Shown: piece by piece, positions 19,006 to 29,732 of the stretch
How the letters are laid out: the number at the start of each line of letters is the position of its first letter
Position numbering within the stretch: the stretch's first letter is position 1
Source of the DNA: Verrucomicrobiota bacterium
GTDB taxonomy: Bacteria; Verrucomicrobiota; Verrucomicrobiia; Limisphaerales; Palsa-1400
Direction of reading: 5' to 3'
Length of the DNA: 64,000 nt
Assembly: GCA_049510745.1 (NCBI GenBank)
Contig: JBEKYR010000019.1
Location: 14,231 to 78,230, forward strand
The notes under the pieces: model-generated
Seen by the model: only the letters and a program-made list of their open reading frames with translations
Databases searched by the model: none
What the model was told of the DNA's origin: nothing
Position numbers and translations under genes: made by a program

Positions 19006-22000
19006 ATGGCCAGCCCGCTCCTCGACATCATCACCTCGGCGGACGCGAGAATTCGCAACCAGCCGCTCGACGCCTTTTGCGCCCGCGCCCCGGCAGATGA
19101 ACTGCTGGCGGCCTGCGCGGAACTGGAGGGCTTCCGCCGCCGCAGCGACAATCTTTACGAGCGCGTCCGCGCGTTGTTCTTCCTTTACGCGATTCACCGT
19201 TTTCATCTGCCGGGGAAACTGCCCGCGGGCGCGGACGGCATGATTCCCTTCAAAGGATTCGAACATCTGCTGCACCGCCGGTTTGAAGAGGCGCTCGACC
19301 AGTTTCTTTCCGCGCAAAAAAGCGGCGGCCCCAGCGACGCCCTTTGCAGCGCGCTGGCCGCCGTGTATCAACGCATCGGCTTTCAGACGCTGGCCGACCA
19401 GGTGCGGCGCAGCGTCCGTTCGGTGCGCGGCAACCAATGGATGTTCCGCATGGGCCATCCGGAGGATCATCCGTTGCGCGTGCGCCCGGAACTGCTGCAA
19501 CGCGGCGCGGACGGCGCCTTCCCCGTGCTGCGCGAACGCACCCCGGTGCGGATGGATTTGAGCCATTCGGGCTGGAGCGACATTTTCTTTCTCGGCATGG
19601 ATTTTCCCGAAGGCGCCCGCGTGCTCAACGTCTCCATTGACCTGGGCGTTCACGGGCGCGACCAGGCGGCGCAGCCGCCGGTGGAGGCCTGCTTGCGGGT
19701 GATTGACGAACCGGTTTTGCGCCTGACCAGCGTGGACCTCGGCGCCACGGCGGAGATCAACAATCTGGCCGAGGTTTTTGATTTCGCCCGCGACTACCTC
19801 GGATTGCTCAAAGCGGCCGTCATCGCTGCCGGCATTGTGCCGCCGGGCATTGAAGGTTCGGGACTCAATCTGGCCGACTTGCTCGCGCGGGTCGCCGGGG
19901 CCGGGCGCGGCCTGGAATTGGTCAGCCACGTCAACGATATTCCGAAAGGCTCGCGCCTGGCGGTCTCGACCAACCTGCTCGCCTCGCTGATTTCCGTCTG
20001 CATGAGGGCCACCGGCCAGGCCAAGTCGCTGACTGGCGCGCTGGCCGAGGAGGAACGGCGCCTGGTGCTGGCGCGCGCGTTGCTGGGCGAATGGCTCGGC
20101 GGCTCGGGCGGCGGCTGGCAGGATTCCGGCGGCGTGTGGCCGGGCATGAAACTCATTTGTGGCGTGACCGCGACGGAAGGCGATCCCGAATTTGGCATCA
20201 GCCGGGGCCGGCTCATGCCGGCGCACCGCATTCTGGATCGCCACGACGTTTCGTCCGAGACGCGCGAGCGTTTGCAGCAAAGCCTCGTGCTCGTCCACGG
20301 CGGCATGGCGCAAAACGTCGGGCCGATCCTCGAAATGGTGACGGAAAAGTATCTGCTCCGTTCCGCCGCCGAATGGGCCGGACGGCAGCAGGCCATCGGG
20401 TTGCTCGATGAAATCGTGTCGGCGCTGCGCGCCGGAGATGTGCGCGGGGTGGGCGCCCTGACCACGCGCAATTTTTGCGAGCCGATCCAAACCATCATTC
20501 CGTGGGCCAGCAACGCCTTCACCGAATCGGTCATCGCGTCCGTGCGGGACGAGTTTGGCGCGGATTTCTGGGGGTTCTGGATGCTCGGCGGCATGTCCGG
20601 CGGCGGGATGGGTTTCATCTTTGAGCCGCAACGCAAGGCGCGGGCGCAGCAGCGGTTGCAGGAAATCATGTCGCAAACCAAGCGCGAACTGCAACACGCG
20701 CTGCCCTTTGCCATGGAGCCGGTGGTCTATGATTTCGCCATCAACGAGCGCGGCACCTGGGCGGACCTGCTGCGCGGCGACGAGGCGTTGCTGCCGCGCG
20801 GCTACTACGCGCTGCATGTTCCGCGCTGGCTGCGGGCCGATCCGCAGGCGCTGACCAGGGCGCAGCGCGCCGAACTGGACAAGTTCGGCGCCGCCTGCCG
20901 CACGCGAACGGAATTGTCCGGCATGATGCAGACGCTCTTCGACCGCCTGCTGCCCCGGCTCAAATCCGAGGGCGGCTCCCAGCAAAGCCTGGCGGAATTG
21001 CTCGAACAAAACGGCTTCGACCGCGTGCAGCATGAGCAGATTCGCGACGATTTGAAAGACGGCCGCATCGGCTTGGCCCAAAACCGCCTGCCCGCCAGCG
21101 CCGACATCAAGGACGTGCAGGATGCCGATGTGTTCAATGCCACCGGGCCGTTGGCGGAGGAATTGCGCCAGGCCGGCCTGGCCGCCCTCGCCCGCGGCGA
21201 ACTGGCGGTGGTCACGCTGGCCGCCGGCGCGGGCAGCCGCTGGACGGAAGGCGCTGGTGTGGTCAAGGCGCTGCATCCGTTCTGCAAATTCAACGGCCTG
21301 CACCGGACGTTCATCGAAACGCACCTGGCCAAGAGCCGCCGTATCGGCCAACTGGCCGGCCAGACGCTGCCGCACTTCTTCACCACCAGCTACCTGACCC
21401 ACGCGGCCACCGAGGAATTCCTGCGCCGGAAGAAAAATCATCATTATCCCGGACCGCTGCTCCTGTCGCCCGGCAGGTCCATCGGGCTGCGGATGATCCC
21501 GATGGTGCGCGACCTGCGCTTTCTCTGGGAGGAGATGCCGCAGCAACGGCTCGACGAGCAGCAGCAAAAAGTGCGCGACAGCCTGCGGGCCGCGCTCCTC
21601 AACTGGGCCCGTTCGGCGGGCGAGGGCGGCGATTACACCGACAATCTCCCGGCCCAATGCCTGCACCCGGTGGGACACTGGTTCGAGGTGCCGAACCTGC
21701 TGCGCAACGGCGTGCTGGCGCGCTTGCTCGCCGAACGTCCGCAGTTGCGGCACCTGATGTTGCACAACATCGACACGCTCGGGGCGGACGCGGACCCGGC
21801 GCTCTTCGGTTTGCATCTGGCGCAGGAGGGCTGCCTGACGTTCGAGGTCATCACGCGCCGGCTGGAGGACCGCGGCGGCGGCCTGGCCCGCGTTAATGGC
21901 CAGGTGCGGCTGGTGGAAGGACTGGCCATGCCGCGCGAGGAGGATGAGTTCCAACTCCGCTTCTACAATTCAAACACCTGCTGGATCGACATCGACAAAC

Positions 22001-22326
22001 TGCTGGCGGTTTTCGGCTTGAGCCGGGCCGACCTTTCCAAGGCGGAACACGTCGCCGCCGCCGTGCGCGCGCTGGCCGCGCGCATGCCGACCTACATCAC
22101 GATCAAGGATGTCAAGAAGCGCTGGGGCCACGGCCAGGAAGACGTGTTCCCGGTCAGCCAGTTTGAGAAACTGTGGGTGAACATGACCGCGTTGCCGGAA
22201 GTGAAAACGCGCTTTGTCGTGGTGCCGCGCCTGCGGGGACAACAGCTCAAGGACCAGGCGCAACTGGACGGCTGGCTGCGCGATGGCTCGGCCGATTTCG
22301 TCAACCAGCTTTGTGCCTGGCCGTGA
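19006..22326 (+). CDS. Bifunctional GHMP-family sugar kinase / UDP-sugar pyrophosphorylase
   Basis: [36 protein letters not shown] in the N-half; [30 protein letters not shown] in the C-half. Confidence 0.8.
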   Translation: MASPLLDIITSADARIRNQPLDAFCARAPADELLAACAELEGFRRRSDNLYERVRALFFLYAIHRFHLPGKLPAGADGMIPFKGFEHLLHRRFEEALDQFLSAQKSGGPSDALCSALAAVYQRIGFQTLADQVRRSVRSVRGNQWMFRMGHPEDHPLRVRPELLQRGADGAFPVLRERTPVRMDLSHSGWSDIFFLGMDFPEGARVLNVSIDLGVHGRDQAAQPPVEACLRVIDEPVLRLTSVDLGATAEINNLAEVFDFARDYLGLLKAAVIAAGIVPPGIEGSGLNLADLLARVAGAGRGLELVSHVNDIPKGSRLAVSTNLLASLISVCMRATGQAKSLTGALAEEERRLVLARALLGEWLGGSGGGWQDSGGVWPGMKLICGVTATEGDPEFGISRGRLMPAHRILDRHDVSSETRERLQQSLVLVHGGMAQNVGPILEMVTEKYLLRSAAEWAGRQQAIGLLDEIVSALRAGDVRGVGALTTRNFCEPIQTIIPWASNAFTESVIASVRDEFGADFWGFWMLGGMSGGGMGFIFEPQRKARAQQRLQEIMSQTKRELQHALPFAMEPVVYDFAINERGTWADLLRGDEALLPRGYYALHVPRWLRADPQALTRAQRAELDKFGAACRTRTELSGMMQTLFDRLLPRLKSEGGSQQSLAELLEQNGFDRVQHEQIRDDLKDGRIGLAQNRLPASADIKDVQDADVFNATGPLAEELRQAGLAALARGELAVVTLAAGAGSRWTEGAGVVKALHPFCKFNGLHRTFIETHLAKSRRIGQLAGQTLPHFFTTSYLTHAATEEFLRRKKNHHYPGPLLLSPGRSIGLRMIPMVRDLRFLWEEMPQQRLDEQQQKVRDSLRAALLNWARSAGEGGDYTDNLPAQCLHPVGHWFEVPNLLRNGVLARLLAERPQLRHLMLHNIDTLGADADPALFGLHLAQEGCLTFEVITRRLEDRGGGLARVNGQVRLVEGLAMPREEDEFQLRFYNSNTCWIDIDKLLAVFGLSRADLSKAEHVAAAVRALAARMPTYITIKDVKKRWGHGQEDVFPVSQFEKLWVNMTALPEVKTRFVVVPRLRGQQLKDQAQLDGWLRDGSADFVNQLCAWP

Positions 22327-22376
22327 ATACGGATTGATATTGCAGTAAGCCCTTCGATTTGCTAATAGCCTGTCTA

Positions 22377-24476
22377 ATGGCAAAGCAAAAGACTGGTGGC
22401 TTATCATGGCGCTGGCTGGGAACCGCCGGGGTGGCTTGCTGGACGTGTGCGCTGTTGGTTGTGCTTTGCTCGGAAAACAGGCTTCGCGCGGCTGATTCTC
22501 TTCTTTCCGGTTCTCCGTCCTCAAACGCCGTCATGGCTGCGCTGGAGTATCAGGAAACAGACTCTGGCGTCATCAACTGGGGCGTTTCCCTGACGCCGCG
22601 GACCAGTCCTTTCAAAAAAGAGCCGGCGGCGGCTTCGGGCAAAATCATTCGCGGCGTTTTGAATTTCGGCGCCGATTCCAGCAACTCCATTCCCTTTCTC
22701 TGGCAGTGCCAGGCGGGAAAACTTTACCTCGACCTCAATCGCAACCAGGATTTGACCGACGATCCCTCCGGCCTGTTCTTGGCGCGCGCCGCGAAGCCGG
22801 ATAATTACCAGACCTTTGCGAACGTCCACCTGCTTTTCAACACCGCTTCCGGCAGGTGCCGGGTGCTGGCGGACCTCTCCTTCTGGGACTACAGTGCGCC
22901 GCCAATTTGCAGCTTCGCGGTGCGCTCGTTCTGGCAAGGCAAACTGAGGTTGCAAGGGCGGGATTGGCAGGTGGGCATCGTCCCGAATATCCTGGACCGA
23001 TCGGGCTTGTTCGAGAACAGCCGGTTGCTGCTGCGTCCCTGGGATAAACGAAGCCAGCCGTTCAACGCGGATGATGGGTTGCTCGCCACTGTTCCCTTCT
23101 CGCGGAAACTTTTTGTGGATGGCCACGCCTATCAACTGGAGTGCGTCGCCCGTTCGCAAGACGGCGAAGCCAGGCCCGCGCTCCAATTCACGGAACAATC
23201 CGTCGCGCTGGGCGAAGTGAAAATCACCGGCCAATTCATCCGCCGCCTTGTTCTGCAGGGCGAGGCGTTCCTGGTGGTGCTCGATCAGCCGGCAGGCGTC
23301 GTGAAAATCCCGGCCGGCAGCTATCACCAGCCCGAGATCCTGCTCGAACAAGACGGCGTCGCGGCCTTCTCCCGCAATTCCGGCCAGTGGCAAATTGGCC
23401 GGCAGATTTCCGTGCGCGACAAGGCACAGGTGGCATTGAACGCGGGCGGGCCGTTGACCAATTCCGTCGCCACCGGCCGCCACGGTCAGGATTTGCGTCT
23501 GGATTATTGCCTGCTCGGCGTGGGCGGCGAAACTTACCAACTGGCCAGGCAAGATCGCTCCAAGCCGCCGGAGTTCGCGGTTTACAAGGGCGGAAAAAAA
23601 ATCGCGTCCGGCAGATTTGAGTTTGGCTGAGGCAACACCTGCTCGCACTCATGGCGAGTGCCTCTCACCGCCGGCGGCAAACTGTCCCTTGTGGCTTCGT
23701 CCGACCTCGGAGCGCTCGGTGCGAAGGAAGGTCCGGCGGTCATCTACGACTGGGTGTTGCCCAGCCTGGCGCCGCTGTTGCTGCCGTGGCTGGTCATTCT
23801 GGGATTGCTCACCTTGAAACGGAATCGTTGCGCGGCCGCGTGGTGGATTTGGCTGCCGCTCGGATATGTGATCGCGTTTACGTTGGCGCCGCTGGACATC
23901 ATGCCCGCGGGAACAGATTTTTTCCTGGATGTCATCGCGGCGCTGGCGGCGGGGCTGGGCGCGGTCTGGCTCCTGACAGATTATCTCCGGCGGCCACATC
24001 GGTTCGTTACGTTTCTGTGCCTCCTGCTCGCCTTGGCCGGTTTCAGCGCGCTGGCCTTTGTGTCCGCACAAAGCTGGAGTTTCACGTCGGAAACATTTGT
24101 GGCCGGCATCGTTCTGGCCGTGGGCGTGGTGGTCAGTGCGGTGGCGTTGAGTCTGGCCGGGCTGATCTGCCGCGGCCGTTATCGTCGCGTCGGCCTTTAT
24201 GGGTGGCTGCTCCTCTTGCTGGCCGTCATCTGGCTGGTGATCACCGGGCCTTTCTTTTTGTTCGCGCTCATCGCTTCAGGCGGAAGAGTGTCTTGGGGCG
24301 GATTCTTTGTTCCCGTTTTTGCGTTGGTGACGCTCCATTTCGCCACCCTGCTGCCGTTCCTGATCCTGTCCTCGGCCAGCCCGTTTTACCGCCAACGGCT
24401 CAAGGCCCTGCTGCACGTCACACCGGAAGCGCCGCCCGTGCTGGCGCCTTTGCCGGATGCCGGTTTAAAAACTTGA
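22377..24476 (+). CDS. Putative exported, membrane-anchored selenoprotein (FEFG-U-GNTC; Sec at UGA 23628-23630) joining track ORFs 22359-23630 and 23658-24476
   Basis: The two ORFs share a frame and are separated by a single UGA with no other stop. The read-through motif matches the paralog at 24508, and a hairpin follows. Architecture is an N-terminal hydrophobic segment, a soluble domain and a multi-TM C-terminus. Confidence 0.8.
23645..23661 (+). promoter_or_regulatory. Candidate SECIS hairpin
   Basis: GCACTC-ATGGC-GAGTGC; loop starts 21 nt after the UGA. Confidence 0.75.
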
Positions 24477-24507
24477 ACTCGATGAACACCAAGCCAACCA
24501 TGATGTT

Positions 24508-25779
24508 ATGAAACTTTCCAAACAACTGTTCCTGGCCGGAATGGTTCTCGCCGGCGCCGCCTTCGCGCAATCCGAGCAATGGCTGGAATACCACACCGGC
24601 GCCGAGGGCCGCGCCTACCAGCAGGTGGAACTGACCACCAATCCGCCCCCCGGCGTCGCTCTGCCGAAGTTCAATGCGCCGCCCTATTTCGCCCGCTGGC
24701 TCACGCCGATGGACCCCGCCGGCGGGCGCTGGCTCTGCCTGGACCGCACGCGCAAGTCCGGACCCTATGACCGGCTGTTCTTTGACAACAACGGCAATGG
24801 CCGGCTGGACGACAAATCGCCCCTCCCGGCGCGGCTGGATTCCTCCTTCGCCTATTTTCCGCCAGCCCGCGTTGTGTTCAAGGGCGAGGACGGGCCGATC
24901 ACCTATCATCTTGTCTTCCGCTTCTATCAATACGAAAAGAATCCCCCGCAATTGCTGGCCTCCTCCGCCGGCTGGTATGAAGGTCTGGTCAATTTCGACG
25001 GCGCGAAAAAGCGCATTCAACTCATCGACGGCAACGTCAACGGCACGTTCAACGACGTCGCCCCGGACCCGTATGACTGCGACCGCGTCCAAGTCGAGGG
25101 CGACAAGACCAGCGAACGGTTTTTGGGCCGGATGCTGGAAGTGGACGGGAAGTTTTACCGGATCGAAGCCGCCCGCGACGGCGCGTTCGTCAAAGTGCAG
25201 AAGGCGGAGAACGTCACCCTCGGCCAGGTGCGTGTGCCGGAAAACATTTCCGAATTCGCCGCCTTCGGCCCGAACGGCCATTTCGTGCGCACACCGGCGG
25301 ACGGCCAATTCACCTTGCCGGCGGGCCATTACCGGATTTTCCACTGGACGATCAGCCGCAAGGATGAAAAGGGCGCGCCGTGGACGCTCTCAGGCTATAA
25401 TTTTCCCAAAACCGCCACCTTCGAGGTCGCCGCCGATAAGACCGCCTTGGTGCAAATCGGTGAGCCGGTGCAAGCCGTGCTCAAGGCGGCGGAGGGCGCC
25501 AAGCGTCAAGTCGATTTCAGCCTCAGCTTCGTGGGCCGGCAAAAGGAATCCATCGAGATGCTGTGCGACGGCCAGCGCCCGCGCGGGCCGAAATTGACGT
25601 TGGCCAACAGCGACGGGACGCTGTGTTATACGAACACTTTCGAGTTTGGATGAGGCGGCGTTTGCTCGCTCTCATGGCGGGAGCCTAAAAATGTGCGGCG
25701 TCCGTTGGTTGGCGGCGTCAAAATTTTCAGCCCGTTCCAGGTGCTGACGAGTCCGTTGACGCTCGCGCCAAAAAAATAA
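24508..25779 (+). CDS. Putative secreted selenoprotein (FEFG-U-GGVC; Sec at UGA 25651-25653)
   Basis: Signal peptide ending AFA. Read-through adds GGVCSLSWREP...APKK and ends at TAA 25779, 12 nt before the next ATG. Has a DNNGNGRLDD loop resembling the paralog's DLNRNQDLTDD. Confidence 0.8.
25668..25684 (+). promoter_or_regulatory. Candidate SECIS hairpin
   Basis: GCTCTC-ATGGC-GGGAGC; loop starts 21 nt after the UGA; compensatory changes relative to 23645-23661. Confidence 0.75.
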
Positions 25780-25791
25780 ACTGATCATCGC

Positions 25792-28700
25792 ATGAAAACG
25801 ACACGGCAATTCCTTCTGGTCTCTGCCGCTTGGGCGCTCCTGGGCGTCAGCACGCACGCCCAGACGCTGGAGCGGGTGGGGGTTCAAAAAGTGGCGGACA
25901 CAGCCACGAACGCTGGCGCGCAAAAACTTACCGGAACGGTCACCGACGCCGCCGGCCATCCCCTGGCCGGCGCGACGGTGGAGTATTGGCGTTACGAGGG
26001 AAATCGGCTCCTGGCGAGTCCCTTGGAATTGATCGGGCAAATCACTACGGAAACGAACGGCGCTTTTGAATTCCAACTCTCGCGGGCGGCCGGATTCCTC
26101 CTGGCACGAAAGCCGGGCCTGGCCCCGGCCTGGATACAATTGGGCCAGCCGTATCCTTCCGTCGGTGACAGGGGAGAGAATTTGATGCTGACTCCGCCCG
26201 CGGCGCTGGCGGGCGTGGTGGTGGACGAAGCGGACAAACCTGTTCCAAACGCCCGGGTTTCCGTGGCCATTGCCATCTCCGAAATGTCGCAGGAGGAGGG
26301 AGCGCGAAGTCTTAATTATTTCACTGGCAAACCCGCGCGCGATTGTTTTGCCGCCCGCACGGATGCCGCCGGCCGTTTCCGCATCGAGAATTTTCCGACC
26401 AATGGCACGGCCGCCCTGACCGTTCAGGCGCCGGGAAAAGCTCTGCGCCAATCACCGCAGGAAGCCGGCGGCATGGACTCGCTGCCTTGGCGCGCGGGCC
26501 AGCAAGACATCAAATTGGTCGTGGAACCGGCCGGCAGCGTCGAAGGAAGGATTATCGTCGAGGGCAGCAATCAACCGCCGCCCGTCGCGCGGCTGACGTT
26601 GCAGCCCGATGGGCCGGGCTTTGCCGCGCTTGACGAGCGCGAGCCGGCGCCATCCGGCGCGGACGGCGCGTTCCAACTCAGCGACGTGCCCGCCGGTTCT
26701 TATCACATTCATGCCGTCTTTGGAACCAATGCCGTTCCGGAATGGGTCGCAGACATGGTTCCAGTTTCGGTTGAGTCCGGCCAACCCACGCGCGGCGTGC
26801 AGGTGACTGCGGTGCGCGGCGGCGTGCTGGAAGTGGCCGTGCTGGGTCAAAATGATCGCAAACCACTGGCGCAAATTATGGTCAATGCCGTCAAGGAGAA
26901 TTTTCAATCCGCCGCCAGTTCGGACAGCAACGGCATCGCTCTCCTGCGGCTGCCGCCTGGAGATTATCAGGTGGCGGCGTTTCGTGAATCCATGCCCGCG
27001 AGCCAGACTCCCGCCAGCGTGGAAGCCGGCAAAACCAACCGCGTGGAGATTGAAATCGCCCCGCCGAGAAAAATCACCGGCATCGTCCGCCAACCGGACG
27101 GCCAGCTGGCGGCGGGGTTGCGGGTGAGATTGGTGGGTGGGTTTGGCCCCGGGGCGGGCGAAGTCAAGACCGATCCCGGCGGCCAGTTTAGTTTGGAATG
27201 GAATCAGCGCCGATTCGGACAGAACGACACGACTGCCTGCGTTCTCGTGCGGGACGCGGAACACAATCTGGCCGTGGCGCAGGACATTGACGAAGACACC
27301 GGCCCGCTCGACCTGAAACTCGCGCCGGGGCTGACGCTGGCGGGCCGGGCGGAATCCGACGGCAAACCCCTCACGAACGCGGCCGCCGCGCTGATTTTCT
27401 TTACCGGCAGAAGGGGCATGCACCTCGCCGGATTGAGCCGCGAAACCAACACGCCGGGCCGGTTTGAAATTCCCGCCATTCCGCCCGGACGAAAATACGG
27501 CGTCCTGGTCTCCGCTCCGGGTTACGGACAGAAGGCGAATTACGATGTGAATGCCGCCGCCGAAGGTGGCCGCATGGAACTGGATCCCTTTGAGCTTAAA
27601 CCTGCCAACCTCAAACTCGCCGGCCAGTTGCTCGACGCGGACGACAAGCCGGTCGCAGGCGCCTATGTGAATCTTTACGGAGAGGGCCAGCCCAGTGCAA
27701 ACGCGCGCACGGACCGCGAGGGTCGCTTCCGCTTCGAGCATGTCTGCGAAGGCCCGGCTCGAATCTCGGCCAACAAGCAGAATTCATTCGGCAATATGTC
27801 GGCGGAAGGCGGCGACACCAACGTCGTTCTGCGGCTCGGTCAAACCCTCAACAACTCCCCGGGTTCCACCGCCCATAAACTCAAAGGCACTGTGACCGAC
27901 CCCGACGGCAAACCCGCCGCCGGCGCGCAGTTGGCGGTGTTTCCGTCCTTTGATGTGAGTTGGACAAAGACCGCGACCAACGGCGCCTTCAGCCTCACTT
28001 GGTCGCTCCAGCCCTGGCAAATGCAGCAGTCAGGCGGCGCCGCGCTGCTGGTGGCCCGCGACCCGGCCCGCAATCTGGCCGCCACCGAAGAGTTGCCGGA
28101 GGAAACCACCAACCTCGACGTGAAATTGAAACCGGCCCTGACCGTCACCGGACTGGTTGAAAAAGATGACGACTCTCCACTCGCGGGCGCGCAGGTCGGT
28201 GTCTGGCTCAAGGCGGGCAACATGTACGACCAGTTGAACCAACAAATGGCTGGGACCGACGCCCAAGGCCGCTACGAAATCAAGTGCCTGCCGCCGGATG
28301 CGTCATACATTGTTTTCGCCACCGCCAGCGGCCACGGTCGAAGCCAGCAGCAAGTTCAGAACGATTCCGAAACAAACCGCGTGGAACTATCGCCCTTCGT
28401 CCTCAAGCTGGCCGACCGTTTTTTGGCCGGCCAGGTGCTCAACGAAAATGACAAGCCCGTTTCCGGCGCGAACGTGTCGTTGAATGGCGAAGACCAGCCC
28501 CAAGCCAGCATGACCACCGACAGCAAGGGCCGCTTTCACTTCCAGGTTTGCGAAGGGCAGGTCCGCCTCTTCGCCAATTCCCCCCAAGGCGGTGAATTCG
28601 CGCAAGCCACCGCCGAAGCGGGCGACACCAACGTCGTGATGACTTTGAGTTCCCAGGCGGGGAATATCCGCGAGACACCGCACCGCGCCTCGCTCAAAGG

Positions 28701-29097
28701 CAGTCCGCTGCCGGACTTGGCGGCCGTCAATCTCGCCGGCGACGCCGCCCCCGCCGGCCAGCCGGTGTTGTTATGCCTGTTCGACGCGGGCCAGCGTTCG
28801 TCGCGACACGTCGTCCACCAGTTGGATGGACAGGCCCCCGCGCTGCGGCAGCAAGGCGTCACGGTGCTGGGCGTTCAAGCCGCGGTCACCAGCGATGACA
28901 TACTCAACGAATGGAAAAGCGCCAGTCCGGTTTCATTCCCGCTCGGACGCGTGGCGGAGAAATCCGAAAAATCAAAATGGGCCTTGGCCGTTCCGGCCTT
29001 GCCGTGGCTGATCCTGGCCGACGCCCATCATCGCATCATCGCCGAAGGCTTCCCGCTCGACGACCTGGACGCGCAGATCAAAACCCTGGCCAAGTGA
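25792..29097 (+). CDS. Secreted protein with repeated carboxypeptidase-regulatory-like beta-sandwich domains and a C-terminal thioredoxin-like fold lacking CxxC
   Basis: Many G-x-V-x-D-x-x-G-x-P-x-x-G-A and TDxxGRF repeats. C-terminal GQPVLLCLFDAGQRSSR...LPWLILAD resembles TlpA/redoxin. Confidence 0.75.
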   Translation: MKTTRQFLLVSAAWALLGVSTHAQTLERVGVQKVADTATNAGAQKLTGTVTDAAGHPLAGATVEYWRYEGNRLLASPLELIGQITTETNGAFEFQLSRAAGFLLARKPGLAPAWIQLGQPYPSVGDRGENLMLTPPAALAGVVVDEADKPVPNARVSVAIAISEMSQEEGARSLNYFTGKPARDCFAARTDAAGRFRIENFPTNGTAALTVQAPGKALRQSPQEAGGMDSLPWRAGQQDIKLVVEPAGSVEGRIIVEGSNQPPPVARLTLQPDGPGFAALDEREPAPSGADGAFQLSDVPAGSYHIHAVFGTNAVPEWVADMVPVSVESGQPTRGVQVTAVRGGVLEVAVLGQNDRKPLAQIMVNAVKENFQSAASSDSNGIALLRLPPGDYQVAAFRESMPASQTPASVEAGKTNRVEIEIAPPRKITGIVRQPDGQLAAGLRVRLVGGFGPGAGEVKTDPGGQFSLEWNQRRFGQNDTTACVLVRDAEHNLAVAQDIDEDTGPLDLKLAPGLTLAGRAESDGKPLTNAAAALIFFTGRRGMHLAGLSRETNTPGRFEIPAIPPGRKYGVLVSAPGYGQKANYDVNAAAEGGRMELDPFELKPANLKLAGQLLDADDKPVAGAYVNLYGEGQPSANARTDREGRFRFEHVCEGPARISANKQNSFGNMSAEGGDTNVVLRLGQTLNNSPGSTAHKLKGTVTDPDGKPAAGAQLAVFPSFDVSWTKTATNGAFSLTWSLQPWQMQQSGGAALLVARDPARNLAATEELPEETTNLDVKLKPALTVTGLVEKDDDSPLAGAQVGVWLKAGNMYDQLNQQMAGTDAQGRYEIKCLPPDASYIVFATASGHGRSQQQVQNDSETNRVELSPFVLKLADRFLAGQVLNENDKPVSGANVSLNGEDQPQASMTTDSKGRFHFQVCEGQVRLFANSPQGGEFAQATAEAGDTNVVMTLSSQAGNIRETPHRASLKGSPLPDLAAVNLAGDAAPAGQPVLLCLFDAGQRSSRHVVHQLDGQAPALRQQGVTVLGVQAAVTSDDILNEWKSASPVSFPLGRVAEKSEKSKWALAVPALPWLILADAHHRIIAEGFPLDDLDAQIKTLAK

Positions 29098-29182
29098 TCG
29101 CCCCAACTTGGCGACGTCTTGGGAGCGCGACCGTCCCGTTCGCCTCCGCCGCCGTCTCGCCGGCGGAAAACTCCCGACGCTA

Positions 29183-29524
29183 TCACGGAACTTTGACCGT
29201 CAAATCCGCGTAATCCGCCTCATGTATCCGAAGACTCTCGCCGGAAACAAACTGCCATCCCTGTGCCCAGCCAAACTCCCTCATCTTCTTCGCCCCGATG
29301 ACGAATTCCGCCTTCTTGGCTTCCCCGGTCGTCGGGCTTCTCGCCTCGACAAGGACCTTTATGGTTGCGTCGGAGTTGTTGTGAATCTGCGCGACTATGC
29401 TGCTGCCAACCGCCGCTTTGCGGAATGACACGGAGACGGGCAAATCCTGCTTTGGCTTGCAACCGCCGGCCAGAGCGGCCAGTGCAATGACGAAGACAAT
29501 TCCGGCAATGATGGCTTTCTTCAT
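29183..29524 (-). CDS. Small putative lipoprotein
   Basis: MKKAII...LAGGC lipobox-like signal. Confidence 0.6.
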   Translation of the reverse strand: MKKAIIAGIVFVIALAALAGGCKPKQDLPVSVSFRKAAVGSSIVAQIHNNSDATIKVLVEARSPTTGEAKKAEFVIGAKKMREFGWAQGWQFVSGESLRIHEADYADLTVKVP

Positions 29525-29732
29525 GCCCTCCATTACGGCAGAACAGCGGAAATCTTGCAAGCCGTCCTTACGCGCCGTCTGTTTTGACGCATTTCGCTTG
29601 TGTTCCTTCGGAAAAACGGCCAAAAGGGTGGCCGGGAATGAAGGTCCATTTTGTTGCCGCGGACAGGCGTCCAGTCCCGGTTGGTTTTTAGGCTTGCCGG
29701 GGTGAAGAGGGACACGTTGCCTTCCCGACGAA

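Noticed and set aside
18847-21954. Long antisense ORFs (also 967-2535, 32711-35323, 60436-62571)
   Set aside because: They are high-GC shadow frames opposite genes with clear family motifs.
23628-23660. Treating 22359-23630 and 23658-24476 as two genes or as a nonsense-mutated pseudogene
   Set aside because: The paralog has a TGA at the same motif position with conserved downstream sequence and hairpin, which independent nonsense mutations would not explain.
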